From: Corallococcus caeni
GTDB lineage: Bacteria > Myxococcota > Myxococcia > Myxococcales > Myxococcaceae
Direction: 5' to 3' (one strand)
Length of the DNA: 64,000 bases
Assembly: GCF_036245885.1 (NCBI RefSeq)
Contig: NZ_BTTX01000008.1
The notes below the pieces were generated by a model that was not told the origin of the DNA, ran no database searches, and was given only the letters and a program-made list of their open reading frames with translations. Below are positions 7,411 through 15,611 of this stretch, piece after piece. Position numbers and translations under genes: made by a program. Position 1 is the first letter of the stretch. Each line of letters begins with the position of its first letter.

Positions 7411-9507
7411 TTACGGGTACCAGCGCTCGAGGTAGTCGCCGATGGCCTGGAGGAACTGGGGCGGCGCGGGCACGGCCACCAGGCGGGCCTTGATGGTGGA
7501 GCTGCCGGACACGCTCAGCTCGTACTTCACCGCCAGGTGCGCATCCACGTTGAGGGCGCGAAGCTCGCGCTCGGAGCTCTCCTCACGGTCTGCGGACGGC
7601 CTGCCGCCGATGCGCGTCCCCGACAGCAGGAAGGCGGCGGGGTTGCTGGTGCCCAGCATGGTGCCGGAGGGGCCGGAGACGGTGACGATGTTGCCCGCGG
7701 ACTGGGCCTGGAGGCCCGCGGCCAGCAGGCCGGAGCTGGAGCCCGCCGTGATGGCGGCGGCCAGGTTGCGGGCCGTGTCCGCGCCCGTCACCCCCAGCGT
7801 GAACTGCCCTGGCTGCGGGGCGACGCCGGCCTCCACGGCCACCAGCTGCACGTTGTCGATGACGATGGTGTCGCGCGGCTGGGGCGTGGCCGGTGGGCGG
7901 CCGTCGCCGAAGCGGCGGGCCACGCGGATGGAGCCCGCGGCGGACAGGGCCGGCGCGGTGGGCGTGCGCGCGAACAGGGTGAACAGGGCGTGGTCGCCGG
8001 TGCCGTACAGGTAGACGCGGTCCCCGCGCGCGAAGGCGCCGAAGGCGGTGTTGGCGTTGGCGTCGCGGATGGCGCGGGCCAGGTTGGCGGCGGTGGACTC
8101 GGCGGTGGCGCCCACCGCAAAGGTGGTGCCCTGGGCAGCGGTGCCTTGCGTGAAGTCCGTGCCGCGGAAGGTGACGACGGCCGTGGTGGGCGCGTTCGCC
8201 GGGGCGCGCGTGCGCGGGACGATGCGGGCCTCCCGGTCCGTCCCCGTGGGGTCGAAGGCGGCCGTGGCCGCGACGGTGCGGGCCACCAGCGCCGCGGGCA
8301 CCCCGGAGAATTGGAAGACGACGCGCCGGTTGGCCGCCAGGTCCGAGCTGCTGAAGCTGACCGTCGCGCCCATGCCCCGGGCCGTGAGCCTGCTGGCCGC
8401 CACGCCCCGCGACGTCAGCGCACGCAGGACGAAGTCCGCGCGCTTCTGGGACAGCCGCTGGTTGTAGCCGGGGGCCGGCGGGGAGCGCTGGTCCGCCCAG
8501 CCCTCCAGCGTCAGCGAGGCGGACGGGTGCTCCGCCAGGAGCGCCGCCACCGCGTCGAGCACGGCGGAGGGCTCGCGGTCCGTGCCGTAGGTGGTGGTGG
8601 GCACGTCGTGGATGTCGGTGTCGAAGTAGATGGCCCGGCTGCAGTCACCGCCCGACACGACGACGAAGGCCGCCGGGTCCACCTGCTGGCCGATGTCCGC
8701 CAGCGCCGCGCCCACCGTCGCCGCGGCGCTGGTGTAGCGCGTGCCGTTGGTGGCCGGCAGCAGCAGCGCGGGCGCGGGCGTCACGCTGCCCAGCCGCGCG
8801 ATCACCAGGTTGTCGCCGGGCGCCGCCTGCGGCGAGGTGCGCACGGTGATGACGGAGCGGTTGATGGCGTAGAGGTCGGGGCGGTTGGTGCTGGCGGTGA
8901 CGCCCGACTGCATCTCCCAGTCCATGAAGATGCCCTGCAGGTCCCCCGTGGCCTGGTTGGTCCAGACGGAGTTGTTGCGCAGGGCCACGAGCAGCTCCTG
9001 CGCCGTCTCCCACAGCGTGTCCTGGCGGGCGACGGGCAGGCCGGTGCTGTTGGGGCCCACGCCGCCGTCCAGCGCGTAGCTGGTGGTGCCCACCGTGAGG
9101 TGGCCCGGCGCGTTGGCGACCAACGCCAGACAGGCGTAGGGGGGAATGCCCTCGCCGTCCTGTACCGTGATGGTGGCGCTGCCGCTGGCGGAGGACGTCT
9201 CGAGGCTGTACTCGCTCGACTCGTTCTCGTTGTCGTAGTTGAAGTTGACGCCCACGTCGACGGTGGTCGAGTAGTAGACGTTGAGGTTCACCTCCAGGTC
9301 GGCGTACTGGAAGTGGTAGAAGGCCGGCCGCAGCCCCAGCGACAACAGGTTCTGCGTCATGCCCGGCAGGACGGTCTGCCCCATGCGCAGCGTCTGATCC
9401 ACGCTGTTGGTGTCCAGCTTGGCCTGGGCCTCGGCGATGGCGAGCCCCATGTCCCGGATGAAGTCGGAGATGTTGAGATCCGCGAGGATCTTCCCTGCTT
9501 TCGGCAT
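7411..9507 (-). CDS. paralog-family protein fused to a long beta-rich region and an OmpA/MotB-like peptidoglycan-binding domain (698 aa)
   Basis: The N-terminus carries the family motifs (ILADLNISDFIRDMGLAIAEAQAKLD; LGLRPAFYHFQYADLEVNLNVYY) and the C-terminus carries KYELSVSGSSTIKARLVAVPAPPQF. The middle contains an OmpA_C-like signature TLEGWADQRSPPAPGYNQRLSQKRADFVLRALTSRGVAASRLTARGMG. Confidence 0.75.
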   Translation of the reverse strand: MPKAGKILADLNISDFIRDMGLAIAEAQAKLDTNSVDQTLRMGQTVLPGMTQNLLSLGLRPAFYHFQYADLEVNLNVYYSTTVDVGVNFNYDNENESSEYSLETSSASGSATITVQDGEGIPPYACLALVANAPGHLTVGTTSYALDGGVGPNSTGLPVARQDTLWETAQELLVALRNNSVWTNQATGDLQGIFMDWEMQSGVTASTNRPDLYAINRSVITVRTSPQAAPGDNLVIARLGSVTPAPALLLPATNGTRYTSAAATVGAALADIGQQVDPAAFVVVSGGDCSRAIYFDTDIHDVPTTTYGTDREPSAVLDAVAALLAEHPSASLTLEGWADQRSPPAPGYNQRLSQKRADFVLRALTSRGVAASRLTARGMGATVSFSSSDLAANRRVVFQFSGVPAALVARTVAATAAFDPTGTDREARIVPRTRAPANAPTTAVVTFRGTDFTQGTAAQGTTFAVGATAESTAANLARAIRDANANTAFGAFARGDRVYLYGTGDHALFTLFARTPTAPALSAAGSIRVARRFGDGRPPATPQPRDTIVIDNVQLVAVEAGVAPQPGQFTLGVTGADTARNLAAAITAGSSSGLLAAGLQAQSAGNIVTVSGPSGTMLGTSNPAAFLLSGTRIGGRPSADREESSERELRALNVDAHLAVKYELSVSGSSTIKARLVAVPAPPQFLQAIGDYLERWYP

Positions 9508-9510
9508 GGT

Positions 9511-10059
9511 CTACCCCAGTGGTGAGGCAACGGGAGGAAGTGCGACAGCGACGTCGGGACGAACGGTGTCGGGCCGGACGACCCAGTAGGCGTGACGGTC
9601 CTGCTCCAGCGTGATGCGGCGCGCGTCCACGTGCAGCCCGGCGCGCGTCCACCCCAGCACCCGCTCCGACAGCGGGAGCCGCCCCGCGCCGGCCAGCGCC
9701 ACCGCGGACTCCAGCCGGGTGCGCGCCTCGGCCAGGCGCCCCAGCTTCGCCAGCGCCAGCCCGTGCCGCTCGTGGTGCGCGGCCAGGTCCTGAAGGGCCA
9801 GCTCGCTGGTGGGAGGCTGTTGCTGGTAGTGGGCCTCCACGCGCAGGCAGAAGGAGATGACGGCCTCGTGGGCCCCCGAGCGCTCCAGCGACTCGAGCAC
9901 GCACCACGCATAGTGACGCTGGCAGACGTCGGAGCCGCCCTGGAGCGCGGCCAGCCGCAGCGCTTCGCGGTAGTGGCGCAGCGCCTCGTCATGCCGGCCG
10001 GCCAGCGCGAACACCTTGCCCTGTTCAGCCACGCGGAAGTGCAGCGCCGGGACGCTCAA
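9511..10059 (-). CDS. TPR-like repeat protein (182 aa)
   Basis: Helical repeat pattern (ALRHYREALRLAA, LAKLGRLAEARTRLESAVALAG). Its start overlaps the upstream gene by ATGA, and the downstream gene starts 3 nt after its stop. Confidence 0.6.
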   Translation of the reverse strand: MSVPALHFRVAEQGKVFALAGRHDEALRHYREALRLAALQGGSDVCQRHYAWCVLESLERSGAHEAVISFCLRVEAHYQQQPPTSELALQDLAAHHERHGLALAKLGRLAEARTRLESAVALAGAGRLPLSERVLGWTRAGLHVDARRITLEQDRHAYWVVRPDTVRPDVAVALPPVASPLG

Positions 10060-11138
10060 TGCGACACCAGGGAGGTCCGCGTGCCACGCGCCCGCAGCTC
10101 CGCGACGAGCCAGCGTGCGCGCGTGTCCCCCACCGTGGGCTGGAAGGTGTGCGGCAGCCGGGAGAGCGCGGTGCGCGTCTCGTTGGCGGGCAGGCCCAGC
10201 GCCGTGGACAGCAGCTCCGCGGCCCCTGCAGGGTCCTTCGAGTCCTCCACCGTCAGGCGGAAGCTGCGGAAGTTGATGAGCTGCACGGCCAGCTTCGCGC
10301 CCGCGGCCTCCAGCGGGGCGGTGCGCGCCACCACGTCCGCGCGCGACAGTCCCGTGTGCAGCACCACCGGCAGCCGCTTGAGCACCTTGGGCACCAGCGC
10401 CAGCGGCATGCCCGTCTCACGCACCAGCAGCTCCGTGAAGCCAGCGTCCGCGGGGGCCTCGAGGAGGCTCACGTCGAACCGTTGGAAGGCATGGTCCAAC
10501 AGCCGCACCCCACCCCGCGGGCCCAGCTCCCTCCACACGCGCTCCGCCTGCTCGTGCGACAGATCCCTGGCCACCAGGGGGACCGCCGCCGGAGTCACGC
10601 CCTGCGACTCCAGCACCGGGCGGATCACCGAGAGGCTGGCCGTGTCCGTGGCGAAGACGTCATAGAGGGCCGTGGGCGGGTGGCTGGCGTCCACCTCCGC
10701 GCCCAGAGGAGAGAAGCGCGCCTGGAGCGCGTCCACGGTGGCCTGGGAGACGGAGCCGAGCACCGTGGGAGGCGTGGCGCAGAGCGCCGCGGCGGCGTCC
10801 GTCAGGGGACACCCCAGGACGGCGGCCAGCTCCGTGCAGACGTCGCGGAAGCGCCCGCCGTCCCGCAGGTACAGCGCTACGTCGTAGGTCCGCGCGGCGG
10901 GTGGAGGAAGGGGCGCGTCATCCGGCTCCACGACCACGCGCAGGCCCGCGTTGCCCAACACCTCCGACAGGCTGCTGGCGAGCTCCTCGGGCAGCCCTCC
11001 CGCCAGCACGGCGGGGGCGCGGAACAGCCGCGCGGCGAGCTCCGCCGGAGGCAGATCGAAGTGGGGCACGAGGGCGCGAACGATGCTCGCGGAACCCCGG
11101 TGCAGGGAGAGAACAGTGACGCGCCGTGAACCGTTCAT
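10056..11138 (-). CDS. protein with ~5 tandem ribosomal L7/L12 C-terminal-domain-like repeats; first gene of the operon
   Basis: From the ATG at 11138 (MNGSRRVTVLSL...) there are five ~45-aa repeats of the pattern LP..L...L....P.VL..GLS...A.......EAAGAKLAV.L, which resembles the L7/L12 CTD ([23 protein letters not shown]). The longer ORF extending to 11414 has an implausible Gly/Arg-rich N-terminus. Confidence 0.6.
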   Translation of the reverse strand: MNGSRRVTVLSLHRGSASIVRALVPHFDLPPAELAARLFRAPAVLAGGLPEELASSLSEVLGNAGLRVVVEPDDAPLPPPAARTYDVALYLRDGGRFRDVCTELAAVLGCPLTDAAAALCATPPTVLGSVSQATVDALQARFSPLGAEVDASHPPTALYDVFATDTASLSVIRPVLESQGVTPAAVPLVARDLSHEQAERVWRELGPRGGVRLLDHAFQRFDVSLLEAPADAGFTELLVRETGMPLALVPKVLKRLPVVLHTGLSRADVVARTAPLEAAGAKLAVQLINFRSFRLTVEDSKDPAGAAELLSTALGLPANETRTALSRLPHTFQPTVGDTRARWLVAELRARGTRTSLVSH

Positions 11139-11141
11139 CTT

Positions 11142-11168
11142 GAAACACGAAACACCATCGGGTGTTTC
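11142..11168. promoter_or_regulatory. candidate operator: direct repeat GAAACAC-GAAACACC and 8-bp inverted repeat (GAAACACC-N4-GGTGTTTC) immediately upstream of the operon start codon
   Basis: Read directly from the sequence: gaaacacgaaacaccatcgggtgtttc lies 4-30 nt upstream of the ATG at 11138, on the coding strand. Confidence 0.4.
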
Positions 11169-11424
11169 AATGTCAACGATGCGCGAGGGCGCAATGCCTT
11201 TGCCAATGTATGAGAAACATCCAGTCTCCACCCCCCACCCCACCTCCTGCGTCATGACGCGGAACGGTGAAACACGCCGTGAGTCATTCCGGAGCGTCAG
11301 GACTGGCGAGACCTGGCCTCCTGCCTGCCCGGCCTGTGCAGCCGGGCACAGTGGCAACGGCTGAGTCGCGCATGGCCGTGAACGGAGGTCCTCCCCATCC
11401 TGCCCCCGCGACATTCACGGGGGT

Positions 11425-12057
11425 TTGAACATGCGGACAGCGAAATTCTGGGTGGGGACGGGGCTGGCGGGCGCGCTGGCGCTTGGCTACGGGTGCGGGA
11501 GCAACTCGCAGAACCCCACCCCGCAGGAGGCAACGCAGCAGAACCCGGACGCGGGGACCGACGCGGGCGTGCTGCTCACGCTCACCGACGCGCAGATCGC
11601 CCGCGTCCTGCAGGTGGCGAACGCCGGTGAGGTGATGCTCGGCCAGTACGCCGCGCCGCTCTCCACGGACCCGGCCATCCAGGCCTTCAACCAGAAGATG
11701 GAGACGGAGCACACCGCCGTCAAACAACGGCTGGATGCGCTGCTCGCGACCGAGGGCATCGTGCCCGAGGACTCCGCGCTGAGCCTCCAGTTGCAGCAGG
11801 AGGTCCAGCAGATGATGGCGGTGCTCAGCGGCCCGAACGCGCCGCCCGCGGGCACCGCGCGCGACCTGGCGCTGATCAGCGCGCAGGTCGCCGCGCACGC
11901 GCGCGTCGCCTTCATCGGCGACAGCCTGCTGACGACGCAGGTCACCAACCCGGCCCTCCAGCAGGAGCTGCTCACCGAGCGGCAGACGGTGCAGACGCAC
12001 CTCGACGAGGCGACGAACCTCCAGTCCGGACTGGTGCTGCCACCCACGACGCCGTAG
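11425..12057 (+). CDS. DUF4142-family secreted lipoprotein
   Basis: Signal peptide with a Cys lipobox (LALGYGCGS). Motifs VANAGEVMLGQYAA...AIQAFNQKMETEHTAV match the DUF4142 pattern (N..E....A...S....FA..M..DH). Confidence 0.7.
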   Translation: MNMRTAKFWVGTGLAGALALGYGCGSNSQNPTPQEATQQNPDAGTDAGVLLTLTDAQIARVLQVANAGEVMLGQYAAPLSTDPAIQAFNQKMETEHTAVKQRLDALLATEGIVPEDSALSLQLQQEVQQMMAVLSGPNAPPAGTARDLALISAQVAAHARVAFIGDSLLTTQVTNPALQQELLTERQTVQTHLDEATNLQSGLVLPPTTP

Positions 12058-12082
12058 CGCGCTCCACCGCTGACTGGAAATC

Positions 12083-12115
12083 GGCTCGGGCTCTCAAAAC
12101 ATGAGAGCCCGAGCC
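12083..12115 (+). terminator. perfect 14-bp stem / 5-nt loop hairpin downstream of the DUF4142 gene
   Basis: ggctcgggctctca-aaaca-tgagagcccgagcc. No U-tract follows, which is common in high-GC genomes. Confidence 0.5.
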
Positions 12116-12198
12116 CCTGCGCATGACCCGTGGGGAGGGATTCGACCCAGGTGCTTTCCAATCGTGTCGGCCCGGTTTAGTAGGAAATCGGACCGCTG

Positions 12199-13854
12199 AT
12201 GCAAAAGCCCACCGAACCGACCTCCGCGCAGTCCGAGCCGTTGACGACGGGACGGATCCTGCGCGCCACGTATGAGATTGGCACCGTGCTGGGCAAGGGC
12301 GGCATGGGGGCGGTGTTCCTGGCCCGCCACCTGCGTCTGCCGGGCAAGCAGGTCGCCATCAAGGTGCTGCACGGCGCGGAGGCGCTGTCGGAAGAGGTGG
12401 CGGTGCGCTTCCGGCGCGAGGCGGAGATCGCCTCCCGGCTGGGGCACCCGAACATCGTGGAGGTGCTGGACTTCGACACCCTGGAGGACGGCACGCCCTT
12501 CATGGTGATGGAGTACCTGCGCGGCGAGGGCCTGTCGCGCCGGCTGCGCAAGCAGAAGCAGCTGCCGCTGGAGGAGGTCCTCTCCATCGCGCGGCAGATG
12601 GGCGCGGCGTTGCAGGCGGCGCACCGCGCGGGCGTGGTGCACCGCGACCTGAAGCCGGGCAACGTGTTCCTCGTGCCCACGGAGGCCGGCGGCGTCGTGG
12701 GCGAGCGCGTGAAGCTGCTCGACTTCGGCATCTCCAAGCTCGTGGACTCTCGCACCGTGCAGACGCTGGACTCGGTGCTGATGGGGACGCCGCAGTACAT
12801 GGCCCCTGAGCAGGCCATGGGCCAGAACAGCAACGTGGACGCGCGCACGGACCTGTTCGCGTTCGGCTGCATCGTCTACGAGATGCTCGCCGGACGGCCG
12901 CCCTACTCCGGCGACAACATCGCGGAGCTGATCTATCAAATCGTCCACCTGGAGCCGCCGCCGCTCCTTTCGCTGGCACCGGGCACGCCGCCGCACGTGG
13001 TGGCGGCCATCACCCGCGCGATGGCGAAGAAGCCGGAGGACCGCTACCCGGACGTGGGCAGCTTCATCCTGGAGCTGACGGGCAGCCCGCTCCAGACGCT
13101 CGCGGAGGCGAAGCACGAGCGCACGCGCCCCTCCGCCCCCACGTCCCCGCCGCCCGCGTCGCGCCCGCCGGATCAGGAGGAGCACATCCCCACGGTGGGC
13201 ATGCGCCCCCACGCCGGCCGCGAGGCCTCCCCCACCGGGCCACAGACCGCCTCCCTGCCCGCGCAGCCCCTGTCCCGCCCCCGCCCGAAGTGGCCGGTGG
13301 CCGTGGCCGTGGGCCTGGCGGTCATCATCGCGTTCGCCGTCGCCTTCTTCTGGAAGGGCGCGGCCACGCCCCCGCCCACCGTCGTCGCGGCGAATCCGCC
13401 GGCGCCCACGGCCCCCGTCGCGGCGGCGCCCGTCGCGGCCGTGACGCCGCCCGTGGAGCAGAAGCCGCCCGTGGTGGAGCCGGCTGCCCAGCCGCCGCGG
13501 CCGACGGCTCCCGAGGAGAAGCGGCCGTCCGTGGAGCCCACGGACCCGCCCGCCGTCACGACCCGGCCGAAGGCGCCGCGCGGTGGCGGCGTCCCGGAGT
13601 CGATGCCGGACAGCGTGCGCGAGGACCTGGCGTCCGCGCAGAAGGCGCTGGACGCGTCGAACTCGTCGGAAGCGTTGCGTCACATCCGGCGCAGCCAGCG
13701 CACGAAGATTACCGGCCTGTCGTTCTCGCTGCTCACCCGCGTGTACTGCCATCAGCACGACCTGGCGAATGCGCGGGCGCAATGGACCCGGGTCCCGGCA
13801 ACGGAACGTCCAAGGGTCCGACAATACTGTTCGCAGTACGATATCGACCTCTAG
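12199..13854 (+). CDS. Hanks-type Ser/Thr protein kinase with a TM segment and a Pro-rich extracytoplasmic tail
   Basis: Gly loop LGKGGMGAVF, VAIK, HRDLKPGN, DFG, APE and DLFAFGCIVYEMLAG are all present, followed by a TM helix (WPVAVAVGLAVIIAFAVAFFW) and a P/A/T-rich region. Confidence 0.9.
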   Translation: MQKPTEPTSAQSEPLTTGRILRATYEIGTVLGKGGMGAVFLARHLRLPGKQVAIKVLHGAEALSEEVAVRFRREAEIASRLGHPNIVEVLDFDTLEDGTPFMVMEYLRGEGLSRRLRKQKQLPLEEVLSIARQMGAALQAAHRAGVVHRDLKPGNVFLVPTEAGGVVGERVKLLDFGISKLVDSRTVQTLDSVLMGTPQYMAPEQAMGQNSNVDARTDLFAFGCIVYEMLAGRPPYSGDNIAELIYQIVHLEPPPLLSLAPGTPPHVVAAITRAMAKKPEDRYPDVGSFILELTGSPLQTLAEAKHERTRPSAPTSPPPASRPPDQEEHIPTVGMRPHAGREASPTGPQTASLPAQPLSRPRPKWPVAVAVGLAVIIAFAVAFFWKGAATPPPTVVAANPPAPTAPVAAAPVAAVTPPVEQKPPVVEPAAQPPRPTAPEEKRPSVEPTDPPAVTTRPKAPRGGGVPESMPDSVREDLASAQKALDASNSSEALRHIRRSQRTKITGLSFSLLTRVYCHQHDLANARAQWTRVPATERPRVRQYCSQYDIDL

Positions 13855-13914
13855 GGTCGTCCGGGCGCGCGGAAGCTTGAGAGCGGGGGCGCGCCCTCAA
13901 TTCAAGGAGTCGTC

Positions 13915-14745
13915 GTGAGAGTCCTACTGGCAGTGGGGGTCGTGGCGCTGTCCCTGGGGTGTTCCCGGGGCGTGCGGCCCGACAGCGCCGTGGCGGGCAC
14001 GAAGCCCGTCACCGGCAAGGTGTATTCCAACGAGGCCGGCGAGAAGATCACCCTCATCGGGCTGGAGCCCGGAGACGCGCACAAAGCGCTGGTGATGTTC
14101 GAAGGCACGAAGAGCGAGCTGGACGGCCAGGTGCTGGTCGCGTCGGTGGGCGAGGAGCGGCGCCGGACGGAGTACTGGACGAAGTGGCGTGGCCACAGCC
14201 AGCGCTTCGTCTCCGTGGAGGACCGGGGCGGCTACGAGGACCTCGTCTTCAGCGACGTGAACCACACGGGCTACACGCACCTGAAGCCGGACACGGGGAA
14301 GACGGGCGCGCTCAAGGTGGAGAAGGTCTTCGAGCGCTACCAGGACCTGGAGGGCGACAAGAAGTACCAGGCGCTGCTCGCGTTCGACCGCAAGTTCTGG
14401 ACGAACCAGGCGGAGGCGCAGCTGGGTGAGGCGCTCGCCGAGACGAACAAGGCGTGCGGATCCAAGCTGACGTCCACCGTGGCCTGGGACTCCGTCACGG
14501 ACAAGCAGCTCAATGACATCTCCTACGGCAGCTACTGTGCGCGCCCGCTGGAGACGCTCCAGAAGCTGTGCGAGCGCTCCGACGAGGCCAAGCGCGCCGT
14601 CCAGGAGAAGGTCCAGACGGTGGAGTGCCGCATGGACGCGCAAGCCGCGCTGAAGCTGGAAGCGCGCAAGGTCATCTGGGCCGTGACGGACGGCGACCAG
14701 GTCCAGCCCGACGCGGCCACCACATACTTCACCGACACCCTCTAG
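13915..14745 (+). CDS. hypothetical lipoprotein
   Basis: Signal peptide plus lipobox (VALSLGCS); coding-like composition. No recognisable catalytic motif. Confidence 0.65.
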   Translation: MRVLLAVGVVALSLGCSRGVRPDSAVAGTKPVTGKVYSNEAGEKITLIGLEPGDAHKALVMFEGTKSELDGQVLVASVGEERRRTEYWTKWRGHSQRFVSVEDRGGYEDLVFSDVNHTGYTHLKPDTGKTGALKVEKVFERYQDLEGDKKYQALLAFDRKFWTNQAEAQLGEALAETNKACGSKLTSTVAWDSVTDKQLNDISYGSYCARPLETLQKLCERSDEAKRAVQEKVQTVECRMDAQAALKLEARKVIWAVTDGDQVQPDAATTYFTDTL

Positions 14746-14762
14746 AACGAAAGCCCACCGAC

Positions 14763-15581
14763 ATGACGCTTCGACACATGGTCATCGCCCTGGGGCTCGT
14801 CCTGGCCCCGCAAGCCGCGCTCGCGCTGGATCCCCCCTGGGGGAAGGAACAGAAGCTGCGGGACCGCATGGTGCTGGAGTCCGCGAAGGTCTGCGCGGAC
14901 GGCAAGGGCCACTACACGGTCCTCATCCCCCACTCGCCGGAGCACGACGGCGGAGACCTGTACTACGGGGACGGCAAGACGTTCACGCAGGTGCGGCCCG
15001 TGGGCTATCCCTCCGCCACGGACGGTGCCTTCTTCGAGCCCCGCTTCTTCAACCCCAAGGCCAACGACAACTTCCGCGGCATGGACTACCGGGTCGTCTC
15101 GGACGTGAAGCTGAGCGACGACTTCAAGACGTGCGCGCTGCGCTGCGGTGAGAAGAGCCTGCCGCAGCAGCCGGTGCCGGCGGATCAGGCGAAGGAGCTC
15201 CTGCGCAAGGCCGCCTACCAGCCCAGCCCGACGAAGTTCCAGCCGTACGCGCTGCTGCGCGACGACAAGGGCACGTACTACCTGGTGGAGCGCGGCATCG
15301 GCGCGGACAACAAGAGCTTCCGCATCTTCACGGGCCAGCGCGGCCAGGTGAAGCAGCAGAAGATGCTCAACGTCGTCACCGACTCGCAGGGGGAGATCTT
15401 CTCCACGCAGGGCGGCGACCTGCGCCTCGTGGTGGACCGCGAGGAGCCGTCGTTCTGGGTGGTGAAGAGCAAGCGCCAGAAGCTGCGCGCGGTGCCGGTG
15501 GGGGAGAACCTGCCGTTCATCTACAACGAGCTGGGCGTCTACACGGGCGCGCGGCTGGGCACGCCCTGCGACGACGTGTAG
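14763..15581 (+). CDS. hypothetical secreted protein
   Basis: The ATG at 14763 gives MTLRHMVIALGLVLAPQAALALDPP (signal peptidase I type). The longer ORF starting at 14568 is Arg/Gly-rich junk. Confidence 0.65.
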   Translation: MTLRHMVIALGLVLAPQAALALDPPWGKEQKLRDRMVLESAKVCADGKGHYTVLIPHSPEHDGGDLYYGDGKTFTQVRPVGYPSATDGAFFEPRFFNPKANDNFRGMDYRVVSDVKLSDDFKTCALRCGEKSLPQQPVPADQAKELLRKAAYQPSPTKFQPYALLRDDKGTYYLVERGIGADNKSFRIFTGQRGQVKQQKMLNVVTDSQGEIFSTQGGDLRLVVDREEPSFWVVKSKRQKLRAVPVGENLPFIYNELGVYTGARLGTPCDDV

Positions 15582-15611
15582 TGCCGTGAGGCGGTAGGGC
15601 CCCGGGCACGG

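Noticed and set aside
4713-9525. Long plus-strand ORFs (747 aa at 4713..6956 and 885 aa at 6868..9525) plus Pro/Ala/Arg-rich ORFs at 4589..5859
   Set aside because: Their composition is Arg/Gly/Ala/Pro junk. The minus strand encodes the motif-bearing paralogue operon with RBSs and coupled stops.
11139-11414. Extension of the first operon gene to the ATG at 11414
   Set aside because: The extra 92 aa are Gly/Arg/Pro/Ala-rich and contain the palindromic promoter-like sequence. The internal ATG at 11138 gives a clean repeat-protein N-terminus.
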